DNA of 64,000 bases from an uncultured Planctomycetales bacterium (GTDB taxonomy: Bacteria; Planctomycetota; MHYJ01; JACPRB01), in contig CAYXVY010000140.1 of the NCBI GenBank assembly GCA_964468745.1, positions 5,945 to 69,944 on the forward strand. Direction: 5' to 3'. Both the position numbers and the translations under genes were made by a program. Positions 9,454 to 17,765 of this stretch are shown one piece after another; position 1 is the first letter of the stretch, and every line of letters starts with the position of its first letter. Below the pieces are notes generated by a model that had not been told where the DNA came from, did not search any database, and was given only the letters and a program-made list of their open reading frames with translations.

Positions 9454-11361
9454 TCACAGCGGCTGCGGCGCCGCACGCGCGCGTGCGGGCGCTGGGTCGC
9501 GCGCGGAGCGACCCTCCTCGATCGAACGGACACGGTCACGGATCCGGCGCGCCGTGTGATCCCACGTGCGCTCAGCGAGCACCACGGCCGATGCGGCGCG
9601 TCCCTTCTCGCGCGCCTCGCCCGGATTCTCGGTGACATGCCGCATGAGGCGGCGTAGATCAGAGTAGGACGGCTCCGCCCAATTCGCGCCGGCATAGTAC
9701 GGACACTTCGCCCGCGCCGGAACGACCCCCGTGATCGGAAGCGGGTACGCGATGTCCGGCCCCAGGAAATCGCGGGGTCCGCTCCAGTCCGTGGCGATGA
9801 CGGGGAGTCCGCAGGCCATGGCCTCCAACACCGGCATCCCCCACCCCTCTCCCCGCGTCGGCAGGACGAAACAGTCCGACGAGCGGTAGAGTGCCCCCAT
9901 CTGGTACGTGGGCACCATGTCGTTCACGGAGAGGATCACGCGCCCGCCGCGCGCATCGAGGCGGAGCGCCGCGATCTGCGTGTCGATGTCCACGTCCGGA
10001 TCCCGGTTGAACGTTTTGCACAGCAGCGTCACCGGCTCACGTGCACGGAACTCCTCGTTGAACGCGCGCAGCAGCAGCTCCGGCGCCTTGCGCTCTCCCC
10101 ATTCAAAGACGGACACAAACGTGTACTCGTCCCGCACGGGATAGCGCGCGATCCCGGGATGAAAGTAGTCCGCATCCACTCCGAACGGGATGACATGGAT
10201 GGGTCTCGTCACCCCGCTTCCCTTGAATGTTCCAATGTTGAACGTCGACGGGACCCAGACTTCGTCCATCAGGTTGGCCTGTCGCACCCAGTCGTTCGGG
10301 ATCCGGTCCGTCTCGAGCATCGAAAACCCGATCCGGTACGAGCCTGTGTTGCGCGAAAAGACGCCGCCCTCCCCGTAGACGACCTCGATTCCTCCCGGGC
10401 GAATCCGACGGCCGCGGATGAGGCCGAGCCGACAGGAGGAGGCCTCGGCGGATTGCGGAGCGGGACCAGATGTTCCCTCGCCGTACACGTACTCGTACCG
10501 GACCTCGATGCCGAGGCGGTCGAGCGCGAGCACCATCGCGCGGGAGCTGATCGCGTATCCTGTTTCGGGTTCGAACAATGATCTCCAGCCAATCGTCGCG
10601 GAATGCCCGCTCTTCTCGAGCTTCTTCTGCCACTTGTCCTTGAAGATCCGCTGCGACTCCAGGAACATCGGACGGAAGTCCACGCCGTTGACGCGCGTGT
10701 TCATGTTCTCGTGATGCAGCACGGTGACCCGGCCGCAGCACACGGTGCGGTAGCCGTGCTCGCGCGCCCGCAGACAGTAGTCGGTGTCTTCGAAGTAGGA
10801 AAAGTAGTCGGTGTCGAGCAACCCGACCTTCACGATCGCCTCGCGCTTGATGTAGCTGCACGCGAAGACCACCCCTTCCACGTCGCGGGTGCCGGCGTAC
10901 TGGTTGATGTCCTTCTCGCCCCCGCCGATCTGCTGCCCCCACCAGCTGTCCAGCGGCATGAACGTTCCCGCATGCTGGAGCGTGCCGTCGGGGCGTGCGA
11001 TGCGGCACCCCACGACGCCGATGTCGGCGGACGCGTGCGCCGTCTCTTGCAGCAAGTTCAACCAGTCCGGTTGGTGGATCTCGGTGTAGTTGCTGAGCAG
11101 GACAATGTCGGACTCCGGATCCGCCGCCTGGATCCCCTGATTGCACCCGCGCGCAATGCCGACGTTCGTCGCGTTCAGGACGAGATGGATGTCGGGCATC
11201 GCTGTCAGATGGTCGACGGTTCCGTCCTTGCTGCCGTTATCGACAACGATGATGCGGACGGCCGGATGCACTGTGTTGCGGCGCAGCGTGTCGAGACAGC
11301 GGCGCGTGTACTCGAGGCCGTTCCACGTCAGGATGACGACGCTGACGGGGCGCGGCTTCAC
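9454..11361 (-). CDS. Bifunctional glycosyltransferase: GT2 domain (N-terminal) + GT4 domain (C-terminal)
   Basis: N-terminus VSVVILTWNGLEYTRRCLDTL...IIVVDNGSKDGT...DTDYCLRAREHGY is GT2. C-terminal half (...CFVLPTRGEGWGMPVLEAMACGLPVIATDWSGPRDFL) is GT4. Confidence 0.8.
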   Translation of the reverse strand: MKPRPVSVVILTWNGLEYTRRCLDTLRRNTVHPAVRIIVVDNGSKDGTVDHLTAMPDIHLVLNATNVGIARGCNQGIQAADPESDIVLLSNYTEIHQPDWLNLLQETAHASADIGVVGCRIARPDGTLQHAGTFMPLDSWWGQQIGGGEKDINQYAGTRDVEGVVFACSYIKREAIVKVGLLDTDYFSYFEDTDYCLRAREHGYRTVCCGRVTVLHHENMNTRVNGVDFRPMFLESQRIFKDKWQKKLEKSGHSATIGWRSLFEPETGYAISSRAMVLALDRLGIEVRYEYVYGEGTSGPAPQSAEASSCRLGLIRGRRIRPGGIEVVYGEGGVFSRNTGSYRIGFSMLETDRIPNDWVRQANLMDEVWVPSTFNIGTFKGSGVTRPIHVIPFGVDADYFHPGIARYPVRDEYTFVSVFEWGERKAPELLLRAFNEEFRAREPVTLLCKTFNRDPDVDIDTQIAALRLDARGGRVILSVNDMVPTYQMGALYRSSDCFVLPTRGEGWGMPVLEAMACGLPVIATDWSGPRDFLGPDIAYPLPITGVVPARAKCPYYAGANWAEPSYSDLRRLMRHVTENPGEAREKGRAASAVVLAERTWDHTARRIRDRVRSIEEGRSARDPAPARARAAPQPL

Positions 11362-11804
11362 GAGGGCGTGCCCGTGGATTCCCCGCCGGTCGGGGTGATC
11401 GGGCCCGCCGAAGCGCCGTCGAGCTGCTTACGCAGCGTCGTCACCTCCCGGCGAAGGTCGTCGTTGCAGGCGGCCAGCTCCCGGACTGCCTCGAGGAGGT
11501 TGAGGTTGACGCGGCGCTGATCGCGGAAGAGCAGTTCGAAAAGCCTGAGGAACCAGCCGCGGAGCACGCCGCTGCGGTTGAACGGAAACCGGTTCAGCTG
11601 GCGCGGCAGCTCGGTGCGAACACGCGCGCCATGCTCCGCCTGCGCAAGCAGGCCGAGGATCCGCCAGCGATCCGCGGGCAGCCGCAGCACGGCGGAGGAG
11701 GCGCCCGACGGCAGGTCTGCCTCGACGCGATGCGCCCGGGTCGCGTCCCGGATCGCCGACATCAGGTCCTCGACATCCCGTTGGTTGCCGGCAAGGCCGT
11801 TCAT
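11358..11804 (-). CDS. Hypothetical protein with a predicted C-terminal coiled coil, co-transcribed with the GT2+GT4 gene
   Basis: ORF 11358..11804(-). Stop overlaps the start of the downstream GT gene (ATGA). The C-terminus LLEAVRELAACNDDLRREVTTLRKQLD is heptad-like. No recognisable catalytic motif. Confidence 0.4.
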   Translation of the reverse strand: MNGLAGNQRDVEDLMSAIRDATRAHRVEADLPSGASSAVLRLPADRWRILGLLAQAEHGARVRTELPRQLNRFPFNRSGVLRGWFLRLFELLFRDQRRVNLNLLEAVRELAACNDDLRREVTTLRKQLDGASAGPITPTGGESTGTPS

Positions 11805-11967
11805 GGCGGAGATCTCGTGAAAAGAGGAACGCCTTATATCCGATCGCGCGCGCAGCTTCCAGCGGCGCCGGTTCCGCGCCCGTCACTGGGCGACACGGCG
11901 AACCCGGGGCGATTGCGCAACGGTGGCACGGGAACAAGGCGGCTTGCGAACGTGTTATAATGCGCTC

Positions 11968-12168
11968 ATGGCCGGACAGTGGAAAGAGCGCATGGAGCGC
12001 ATGGGCCGCGCGAACGAAGAGGCGCGCTTGGAGTACCTTCGATCGCTGACCCCTGAAGCGGCTGCGCGGGTGCTCGAAGGCATCCTTGCGCATCCCATCG
12101 CGCCGCCGCGTCCGCGCGCCGATCATCCGGTTTCTCTCTCCCGCCGCATGCGCTCACGGCACGCTTGA
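11968..12168 (+). CDS. Small hypothetical protein (66 aa), leaderless
   Basis: TATAAT at 11956-11961 sits 6 nt upstream of the ATG at 11968, in frame with track ORF 11923..12168. No SD sequence. Function unknown. Confidence 0.3.
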   Translation: MAGQWKERMERMGRANEEARLEYLRSLTPEAAARVLEGILAHPIAPPRPRADHPVSLSRRMRSRHA

Positions 12169-12382
12169 GGTGGCAGGGCAACCTTCGACGGGCGTAAGAG
12201 CGCCCCACAATGTTCTCTCTGTTTCCTCGGCTTCCTCGGTGTTTATCCCCGTCTCGTGTGGAGCGACCGAGATGCATCGGTCTTCCTGAGATCCCCTTGG
12301 CGTTCTTGGCGGCCCATCCCGAAGGTGCGTTGCCGGGTTGCGTCTCTGCGTCAATCGCCTCCACGGCGATCCGCGCTGCGCC

Positions 12383-14284
12383 CTACGTGGCCTGCTCCGC
12401 CTCCAGCCGCCGGAAGTGCGCCATGATCTGCGCGACGCACGCATCCACGTCCGCCTTGTCCGTGCGCACGACGAGATCAGCCTTCTCCGGCGCCTCGTAT
12501 GGCGCGTCGATCCCCGTCACCGACTTCACCTGCCCAGCCCGCGCCTTCTTGTAGATCCCCTTCGGATCGCGCTCCTCACAGACCGCGAGCGGGCAGTCGA
12601 CGAACACCTCGACGAACTCCCCCTGCCGCAGCCCGCCCCGCACGCGGTCGCGGTCCGCCTTCATCGGCGAAATTAGTGCGACAAGCACGATGAGGCCGGA
12701 GTCGCCGAACAGCTTCGCCACCTCGCCCACGCGACGCACGTTCTCCGCCCTGTCTTCCTCGCTGAACCCGAGGTTCGCATTGAGGCCGTGCCGCAGATTG
12801 TCTCCGTCGAGCAGGTACGTCTGGTATCCCGCGTCGAACAGCCGCCGCTCCAGCGCGACGGCGAGCGTGGACTTCCCCGACCCCGAGAGACCCGTGAACC
12901 AGAGGACGCGCCCATGATGGCCGGTGCGCCGCGCGCGCTCGTCCCGCGAGACCTGGCCCGACACGAACGAGATGTTATGGCTCTTGACGCCCGACAACTC
13001 CGAGCGCAGGTCCTTCGTCGCGGCCGTCGAGATGATCCCTCCCCCCTCGATCCGCGCCCCCGCGTGCAGCACGAAACGGCCGAGCTGCGGCACCCCGCCG
13101 AAGTCGTCGATCGCGATCGGCCGCTGCGTCTCGATCGTGACCTCCGCGATCTGGTTGCGCGCCACCGACTGCGCCTCGACGGCACCGAGCGTCGCAACGT
13201 CCACCACCTGGTGGATCTTCACGACGCGGCAGATGACTTCCTGCGACGTGATCTTCAGCAGGTACTCCTTGCCGGGCATGAGGTCCTGTTTCCCCAGCCA
13301 GAACAGGCGCGCGTCGAATCGGTCCGCCTCGACCGGCGCGTTCTCGAGATGCGACGCGATCTGCCCGCGCTCGACGAAGAGCTGCGCGTCGAGCGTGATC
13401 CCGACCGAGTCGCCCGCGTGCGCCTCCGTCACCGGCGGCGCGCTCCAGCGCTCGATCGTCTTGACGAAGCCGGTCTTGTTCCACGGCGAGAACACGAGCT
13501 GATCCCCGACGCGAAGCGTGCCGGACTCGATGCGGCCGGCGAAGATGCGCGTCGTTTCGTTCTGGCGGTAGACGTCCTGGATCGGGAAGCGCAGCGGGCC
13601 GTCGGTGATGGGGACGCGCGACTTGAAGCCGTGCATCGCCTCGGCCACCGTCGGGCCGGTGTACCACGGCATGTCCGTCGCGCGCGCGACGACGTTCGCG
13701 CCCGCCTTCGCGGAGATCGGAATGAACACCGATTTGCCCGCACCGGTTGCCTTCAGGTAGGCCCCGTATTCCTTCTCGATGTCGCGGAAGGTCTGCTCCG
13801 ACCACCCGACGAGATCCATCTTGTTGACGAGCACGGCGACCTGGTGGAGCCCGAGCAGGCGCAGCAGCAGCGCGTGACGGCGCGACTGCTCGCGGATCCC
13901 CTCGCGCGCGTCGACGAGGACGAGCGCGGCGTCGGCCGTCGAAGCCCCCGTGATCATGTTCTTCAGGAATTCTTCGTGCCCGGGCGCGTCGATGATGACG
14001 AACGGGCGTCCGTTGACGTGCATCCAGACGTGCGCGGCGTCGATCGTGATCCCCTGGTCGCGCTCGGCCTGCAGCGCGTCGAGGGCGAACGCGAACTCGA
14101 ATTCGAGACCGCGCTTCTCGGAGATCTTCCGGATCTGTTCGAGCTTCCCTTCCGGGAGCGAACCGGTGTCGTGCATGAGCCGGCCGACGAACGTCGACTT
14201 GCCGTGGTCGACATGGCCGAGCATCACCACGCGGACCGGTGCGGTCGTGGGGGTGACGGCCTTTTCTTTGGTAGTCACGGGCAT
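12383..14284 (-). CDS. cysNC: Bifunctional sulfate adenylyltransferase subunit 1 (GTPase, CysN) fused to adenylylsulfate (APS) kinase (CysC); NodQ-like
   Basis: N-terminal GTPase motifs ([23 protein letters not shown]) of CysN/EF-Tu-like. C-terminal APS kinase ([39 protein letters not shown]-loop kinase signature). 633 aa. Confidence 0.9.
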   Translation of the reverse strand: MPVTTKEKAVTPTTAPVRVVMLGHVDHGKSTFVGRLMHDTGSLPEGKLEQIRKISEKRGLEFEFAFALDALQAERDQGITIDAAHVWMHVNGRPFVIIDAPGHEEFLKNMITGASTADAALVLVDAREGIREQSRRHALLLRLLGLHQVAVLVNKMDLVGWSEQTFRDIEKEYGAYLKATGAGKSVFIPISAKAGANVVARATDMPWYTGPTVAEAMHGFKSRVPITDGPLRFPIQDVYRQNETTRIFAGRIESGTLRVGDQLVFSPWNKTGFVKTIERWSAPPVTEAHAGDSVGITLDAQLFVERGQIASHLENAPVEADRFDARLFWLGKQDLMPGKEYLLKITSQEVICRVVKIHQVVDVATLGAVEAQSVARNQIAEVTIETQRPIAIDDFGGVPQLGRFVLHAGARIEGGGIISTAATKDLRSELSGVKSHNISFVSGQVSRDERARRTGHHGRVLWFTGLSGSGKSTLAVALERRLFDAGYQTYLLDGDNLRHGLNANLGFSEEDRAENVRRVGEVAKLFGDSGLIVLVALISPMKADRDRVRGGLRQGEFVEVFVDCPLAVCEERDPKGIYKKARAGQVKSVTGIDAPYEAPEKADLVVRTDKADVDACVAQIMAHFRRLEAEQAT

Positions 14285-14290
14285 GATTCT

Positions 14291-14520
14291 TCCCGAAGAC
14301 CGCGGAGCTCGCGGAGTTGCCGCAGAGTCGCTTGGGGCGCGGAGAGCTTCCTTCGAGTCCGCCGGCCCGCGCGCAGCGCGGGCGCGGTCAGGCAGATGCC
14401 GGATCCGGAACGCTCGGCCCCTCTTCGCGAGCGTTCCGGATCCGGCATCTGCCTGACTGCTCGTGCGGGCAAAGCCCGCACGCCGGCGGACCTCTGCGCC
14501 CCGAACCCCTCTGCGGTTCC
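14291..14520. repeat. Copy 1 of a ~200-230-bp GC-rich palindromic structured repeat element; it lies in the intercistronic gap between cysD and cysNC
   Basis: Perfect 27-bp inverted repeat (caggcagatgccggatccggaacgctc / gagcgttccggatccggcatctgcctg, ~14389-14455) with loop ggcccctcttcgc. Flanking arms match the second copy at 35641-35845 in inverse orientation (e.g. ctccgcgccccaagcgact, gtgcgggc..gcccgcac). Confidence 0.75.
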
Positions 14521-14557
14521 TCCGCGCGCTCTGCGGTTTGTCTTCATCTTCTGCGGG

Positions 14558-15367
14558 TTACATGTATCCGGAGGTGCGAAGACGCTCGAACGCGTCCTCC
14601 GATTCCTGGTCCTGTGCTCGGCCCGATCTCTCGCTCGTCTTCGTGCGCCGCAGCTCCTCGACGATCTCCGCGACGCTCGTGGCGGTGGACTCGATCATGC
14701 CGGTGCACGGCGCGCATCCGAGGCTGCGGTAGCGGCGTCCGTCCTTCGCGTAGTAGAGGTCGATGATCGGGATCGACTCGCGCTGGATGTACTCCCACAC
14801 GTTGAGTTCGGTCCAGTGGAGCAGCGGATGAATGCGTATGTGCGTGCCGGCCGGGAATTCGGTCTGGTACTGGTCCCAGAATTCCGGGGGCGCGTCGCCG
14901 AAGTTCCACGTGAGGTTCTTGTCGCGCGGCGAGAAGTAGCGCTCCTTCGCGCGCGTGCTCTCCTCGTCGCGGCGGATGCCGAGGAGCAGGCCGTGATACC
15001 CCTTGAGTTCGAGGACCTGCTTGAGGCCCTCCGTCTTGAGCGAGGAGCAGCAGACGACGCGGCCGAGGGTGTGGTTCATCCCGCCGGCGAGGGCGGCGAC
15101 GTTCTTGCCGACCACGAGGTCGAGCCCCAGCTCCTTCGCGACGCGGTCGCGGTACTCGATCATCGACGGGATTTTGTAGGTCGTGTCGACGTGGATGACG
15201 GGGAACGGGACGGCGCCGAAGAATGCCTTGCGGATGAGCCAGAGCAGGACGGTCGAATCCTTGCCGATCGACCAGAGGCACCCGAGGTTTTTCAGCTTCG
15301 CGCGCGCCTCGCGGATGATGTAGACGCTCTGCGCTTCGAGGGCGTCCAAGGGGTCGCGGTGAGCCAT
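14558..15367 (-). CDS. cysD: Sulfate adenylyltransferase subunit 2 (CysD; PAPS reductase-like ATP sulfurylase small subunit)
   Basis: ORF 14558..15367(-). [12 protein letters not shown] (PP-loop), LGIRRDEE, and overall CysD architecture. The ATG is preceded by TTGAGA-n17-TATAAT-n11. Confidence 0.9.
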   Translation of the reverse strand: MAHRDPLDALEAQSVYIIREARAKLKNLGCLWSIGKDSTVLLWLIRKAFFGAVPFPVIHVDTTYKIPSMIEYRDRVAKELGLDLVVGKNVAALAGGMNHTLGRVVCCSSLKTEGLKQVLELKGYHGLLLGIRRDEESTRAKERYFSPRDKNLTWNFGDAPPEFWDQYQTEFPAGTHIRIHPLLHWTELNVWEYIQRESIPIIDLYYAKDGRRYRSLGCAPCTGMIESTATSVAEIVEELRRTKTSERSGRAQDQESEDAFERLRTSGYM

Positions 15368-15378
15368 AAGAGGGGCAG

Positions 15379-15384
15379 ATTATA
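15379..15384 (-). promoter_or_regulatory. -10 box (CCCCTATAATC) with TTGAGA -35 for cysD
   Basis: Minus-strand sequence reads TTGAGAccgcgcgcgcctgcccCTATAATctgcccctctt-ATG(15367). Confidence 0.55.
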
Positions 15385-15486
15385 GGGGCAGGCGCGCGCG
15401 GTCTCAATGGCTGCGCGCGCGTGGGACGTGTGAGGTTGGAGCTTTGAAGGGCGGAACGCGGAACGGTGACCCACCCTTCCAACGAC

Positions 15487-15918
15487 CTACTCGCCGCGCC
15501 ACGCGAGTTCGGTGATGCGATCCGCGTTCAGAATGCGCACGTCGAATCGATCGAACACGTCCGCCCTGCCCAGGAGCAGGGGCGCTTGATCCGTCTGCGC
15601 CCACCCGATGTCCGCGTAGAAGCGATGGCGCCCGATCTTGAACTCGGCTCGACGCTTCACAACCCAGATCCAGCCGCCGATGCCCCCGGCTCGGAATACC
15701 CTGTCATGGGATTCCTTGCGAAATCCGAGCAGCTCGCCCACGCTCTTTGGAACCAGCGTGAAGTCCGATCCGGAGTCTACGAGCATCACGTGGGGCAACC
15801 AGTTGTTGCGCTGCGAGCGGATAAACACCATCGCCGAGGGACGATGGATCGGTCCATAAAGCTCCGACGTCCCGATCATGTAGGGAAATCGGATGGGCGG
15901 CCGCGTTGCCGAGTTCAT
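15487..15918 (-). CDS. Retropepsin-like (clan AA) aspartic protease
   Basis: MLVDSGSDFTLVP contains the D-S/T-G active-site triad of retroviral-type aspartyl proteases. Length is ~143 aa. Confidence 0.6.
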   Translation of the reverse strand: MNSATRPPIRFPYMIGTSELYGPIHRPSAMVFIRSQRNNWLPHVMLVDSGSDFTLVPKSVGELLGFRKESHDRVFRAGGIGGWIWVVKRRAEFKIGRHRFYADIGWAQTDQAPLLLGRADVFDRFDVRILNADRITELAWRGE

Positions 15919-15924
15919 TTCCGC

Positions 15925-16137
15925 CTAGACGATCAGGATGTCCTCGGTCGGCACCTTCAACAGGACCGGCTGGCGGCGCGGATGCCGCTTACGCGCTCGC
16001 TCGACGACCGTGCGCGCATTCTTTCCGGACGCCGCAACGCGGCAGTCGACGATGGCGACGTACAACCCCCGATATCGACTGAGGTCCGTACGCGACAGCC
16101 ACTCCATCGTCGGGTCCATTTTTCTCGCGGCTCCCAT
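15925..16137 (-). CDS. Small protein partner of the retropepsin-like protease (DUF-type, ~70 aa)
   Basis: Track ORF 15925..16230(-). A TAGAAT -10 at 16145-16150 sits 7 nt upstream of the internal ATG at 16137 (MGAARKMD...GLYVAIVDCRVAASGKNARTVVERARKRHPRRQPVLLKVPTEDILIV). It is immediately upstream of, and co-oriented with, the protease gene. Confidence 0.4.
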   Translation of the reverse strand: MGAARKMDPTMEWLSRTDLSRYRGLYVAIVDCRVAASGKNARTVVERARKRHPRRQPVLLKVPTEDILIV

Positions 16138-16202
16138 CGGCGTTATTCTACTGCGCCGCTTTATGGCGGGGTAGCGGATTCCATTCGGGGTAAGGAACGG
16201 TG

Positions 16203-16872
16203 ATCCGCACCTTCCACCTTCCAACCTCAAACCTCAAACTCCTGCCCCAGTCCCCACCCCGCCTCCGCTCCGCGCCCCACGTCACTCCGCGCTTCCTTGG
16301 CGCGCTCCGCGTTTTCTTCGGGAAGTCCCGGGATGAAGTCACCCGCGGGGTATCCGTTCGCCGCAGACCTTCCGGATTCAACGCAGAGGTCGCTGAAGGA
16401 TTTGGATGGGGGCGAAGTTTTTCCTCCACCATTCCAATGTCCTCTCGGTTACCTCGGCTGCCTCGGTGTTGTCGGAGGGGTGGGGCAGCAGGCGGAAACC
16501 TCGTGGATGACACTGGGCAATCCGAGCAAACAGAGAAGCCCATCCATGCGAGGGCGTTCCCTGCTCCTCCCCTGCGCGCTCCGCGCTTTCTTCGGATAGT
16601 CCCGGGATGAAGTCGCACGCGGAGTATCAATCCGCCTCAGAATGACCCGCACCTTCCAACTTCCAACTTCCAACTTCAAACCTCAAACGCCTCCCCCACT
16701 CCCCATCCCGCCTCCGCTCCGCGCCCCCAGCCACTCTTGTCCTCCTCAGCGGGCTCCGCGTTTTCTTCGGATAGTCCCAGGATGAAGTCGCACGCGGGGT
16801 ATCCGTTCGCCTCAGAATGACCCACACCTTCCAACTTCCAACTTCCAACCTCAAACCTTAGACTCGTCCCCC
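16203..16872. repeat. Tandem array of a ~173-bp repeat (3 full or partial copies plus a fourth partial copy running into the wzm start codon); copy 2 is interrupted by a ~185-bp insert
   Basis: Unit landmarks ccgcaccttccaac(ttccaac)n ctcaaac...ccgcctccgctccgcgcccc...gcgctccgcgttttcttcggatagtcccgggatgaagtcgcacgcggggtatccgttcgcctcagaatgacc recur at ~16203, 16563 (tail only), 16647 and 16820. Each unit has internal heptad microrepeats TTCCAAC x2-3 and CTCAAAC x2. Confidence 0.85.
16859..16864 (+). promoter_or_regulatory. TAGACT -10-like box 8 nt upstream of the wzm ATG (leaderless-type)
   Basis: ccttAGACTcgtccccc-ATG(16873) with no SD. The same TAGACT-n8/9-start arrangement occurs at fcl (47400) and gmd (about 48417). 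Confidence 0.4.
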
Positions 16873-17628
16873 ATGCCCTCCTGGTTCGAGCTCCTGCGCG
16901 CGCTCGTCGCGAAGGACTTCAAGGTCCGCTACAAGAGCACGGCGCTGGGGTTCGTGTGGTCGATCGCGAACCCGGTCATGTTCGGCCTGACGTTCTACGT
17001 GGTCTTCGAGAACGTCTTCCGCGGCGGGCAGAAGAACTTCCTCGTCTTCCTGCTCGCGGGGATGTTCCCGTGGCAGTGGTTTGCGAGCACCGTGGGCGGC
17101 GCGCCCGGCACGTTCGTCGGCAACGCGGGCCTGATCAAGAAGGTCCGGTTCCCGTGGATGCTGCTCCCGACGGCGGCCCTTGTCAGCAACCTCCTGCACT
17201 TCCTGCTGGCGCTGGCGGTGGCCGTCCCGCTCCTCGGGATGAAGGGGATCTGGCCGACACCGGTCTGGCTGATCGGCATTCCGGCCCTGCTCCTCATCCA
17301 GGGGGCGCTGACACTGGGAGTCGCGCTGCTGATCGCATCGATCAACGTCATCTTCCGCGACCTCGAGTACATCACGCAGATCGTGCTGCAGTTGGTATTC
17401 TTCCTCACGCCGATCTTCTACTCGGCAACGGCGCTGCCGGAGGGGACGCGGTCGATCCTGCGCTGGAATCCGATGTGCTACGTGATTCCGGCGTGGCAGG
17501 AGCTGGTGCTGGAGGGCCGCATGCCCTGGCAGACGGCGGGGATCGGCGCGGCGATCGCGGCGGCGACGTTGCTGATCGGCTACGGAGTCTATCGACGGAT
17601 GGAGTGGCGGCTGGCGGAGTCGCTATAG
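16873..17628 (+). CDS. wzm: ABC-2 type polysaccharide export permease (Wzm/TagG/KpsM-like)
   Basis: 251 aa, 6 predicted TM segments, ABC-2 family signature region (FVWSIANPVMFGLTFYVVF...). Confidence 0.8.
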   Translation: MPSWFELLRALVAKDFKVRYKSTALGFVWSIANPVMFGLTFYVVFENVFRGGQKNFLVFLLAGMFPWQWFASTVGGAPGTFVGNAGLIKKVRFPWMLLPTAALVSNLLHFLLALAVAVPLLGMKGIWPTPVWLIGIPALLLIQGALTLGVALLIASINVIFRDLEYITQIVLQLVFFLTPIFYSATALPEGTRSILRWNPMCYVIPAWQELVLEGRMPWQTAGIGAAIAAATLLIGYGVYRRMEWRLAESL

Positions 17629-17765
17629 AGACACATGGGTTTTCTAACGCAGAGATCGCTGATTTGTTTTGAGAGCCGGAGAGGCCCATCTCAAAGAGTT
17701 AGTCTGCGGTCTCTCCTTGTCCTCTTCTGCGCCCTCGGCGTTATTCGGGAAGATTGGGCGCGATC

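Noticed and set aside
16185-16230. Resemblance of ggtaaggaacggtgatccgcaccttcc (and gggatgaagtcgcacgcggggtatccgt within each repeat unit) to the 3' end of 16S rRNA (AAGGAGGTGATCCAGCCGCACCTTCC / GGGGTGAAGTCGTAACAAGGTAGCCGTA)
   Set aside because: The two similar segments sit on opposite strands relative to their 16S counterparts and require indels. No rRNA operon features (tRNAs, 23S) are present, and only one repeat unit has the AAGGA..GGTGATCC prefix. Most likely chance similarity of GC-rich hairpin sequences, though a BLASTN against 16S would settle it.
16148-16854. Track ORFs inside the tandem repeat (16148..16630(-), 16449..16679(-), 16627..16854(-), 16200..16610(+))
   Set aside because: Their similar peptides (…EVGSWKV…RRTDTPRATSS…) are generated by the DNA repeat itself. 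They have no start signals or homology, so are treated as non-coding.
16203-16872. Possible CRISPR array (regularly spaced repeats upstream of wzm)
   Set aside because: The repeat unit is ~173 bp, not 25-40 bp, and units abut without unique spacers. No cas genes are nearby. It is annotated as a tandem repeat instead.
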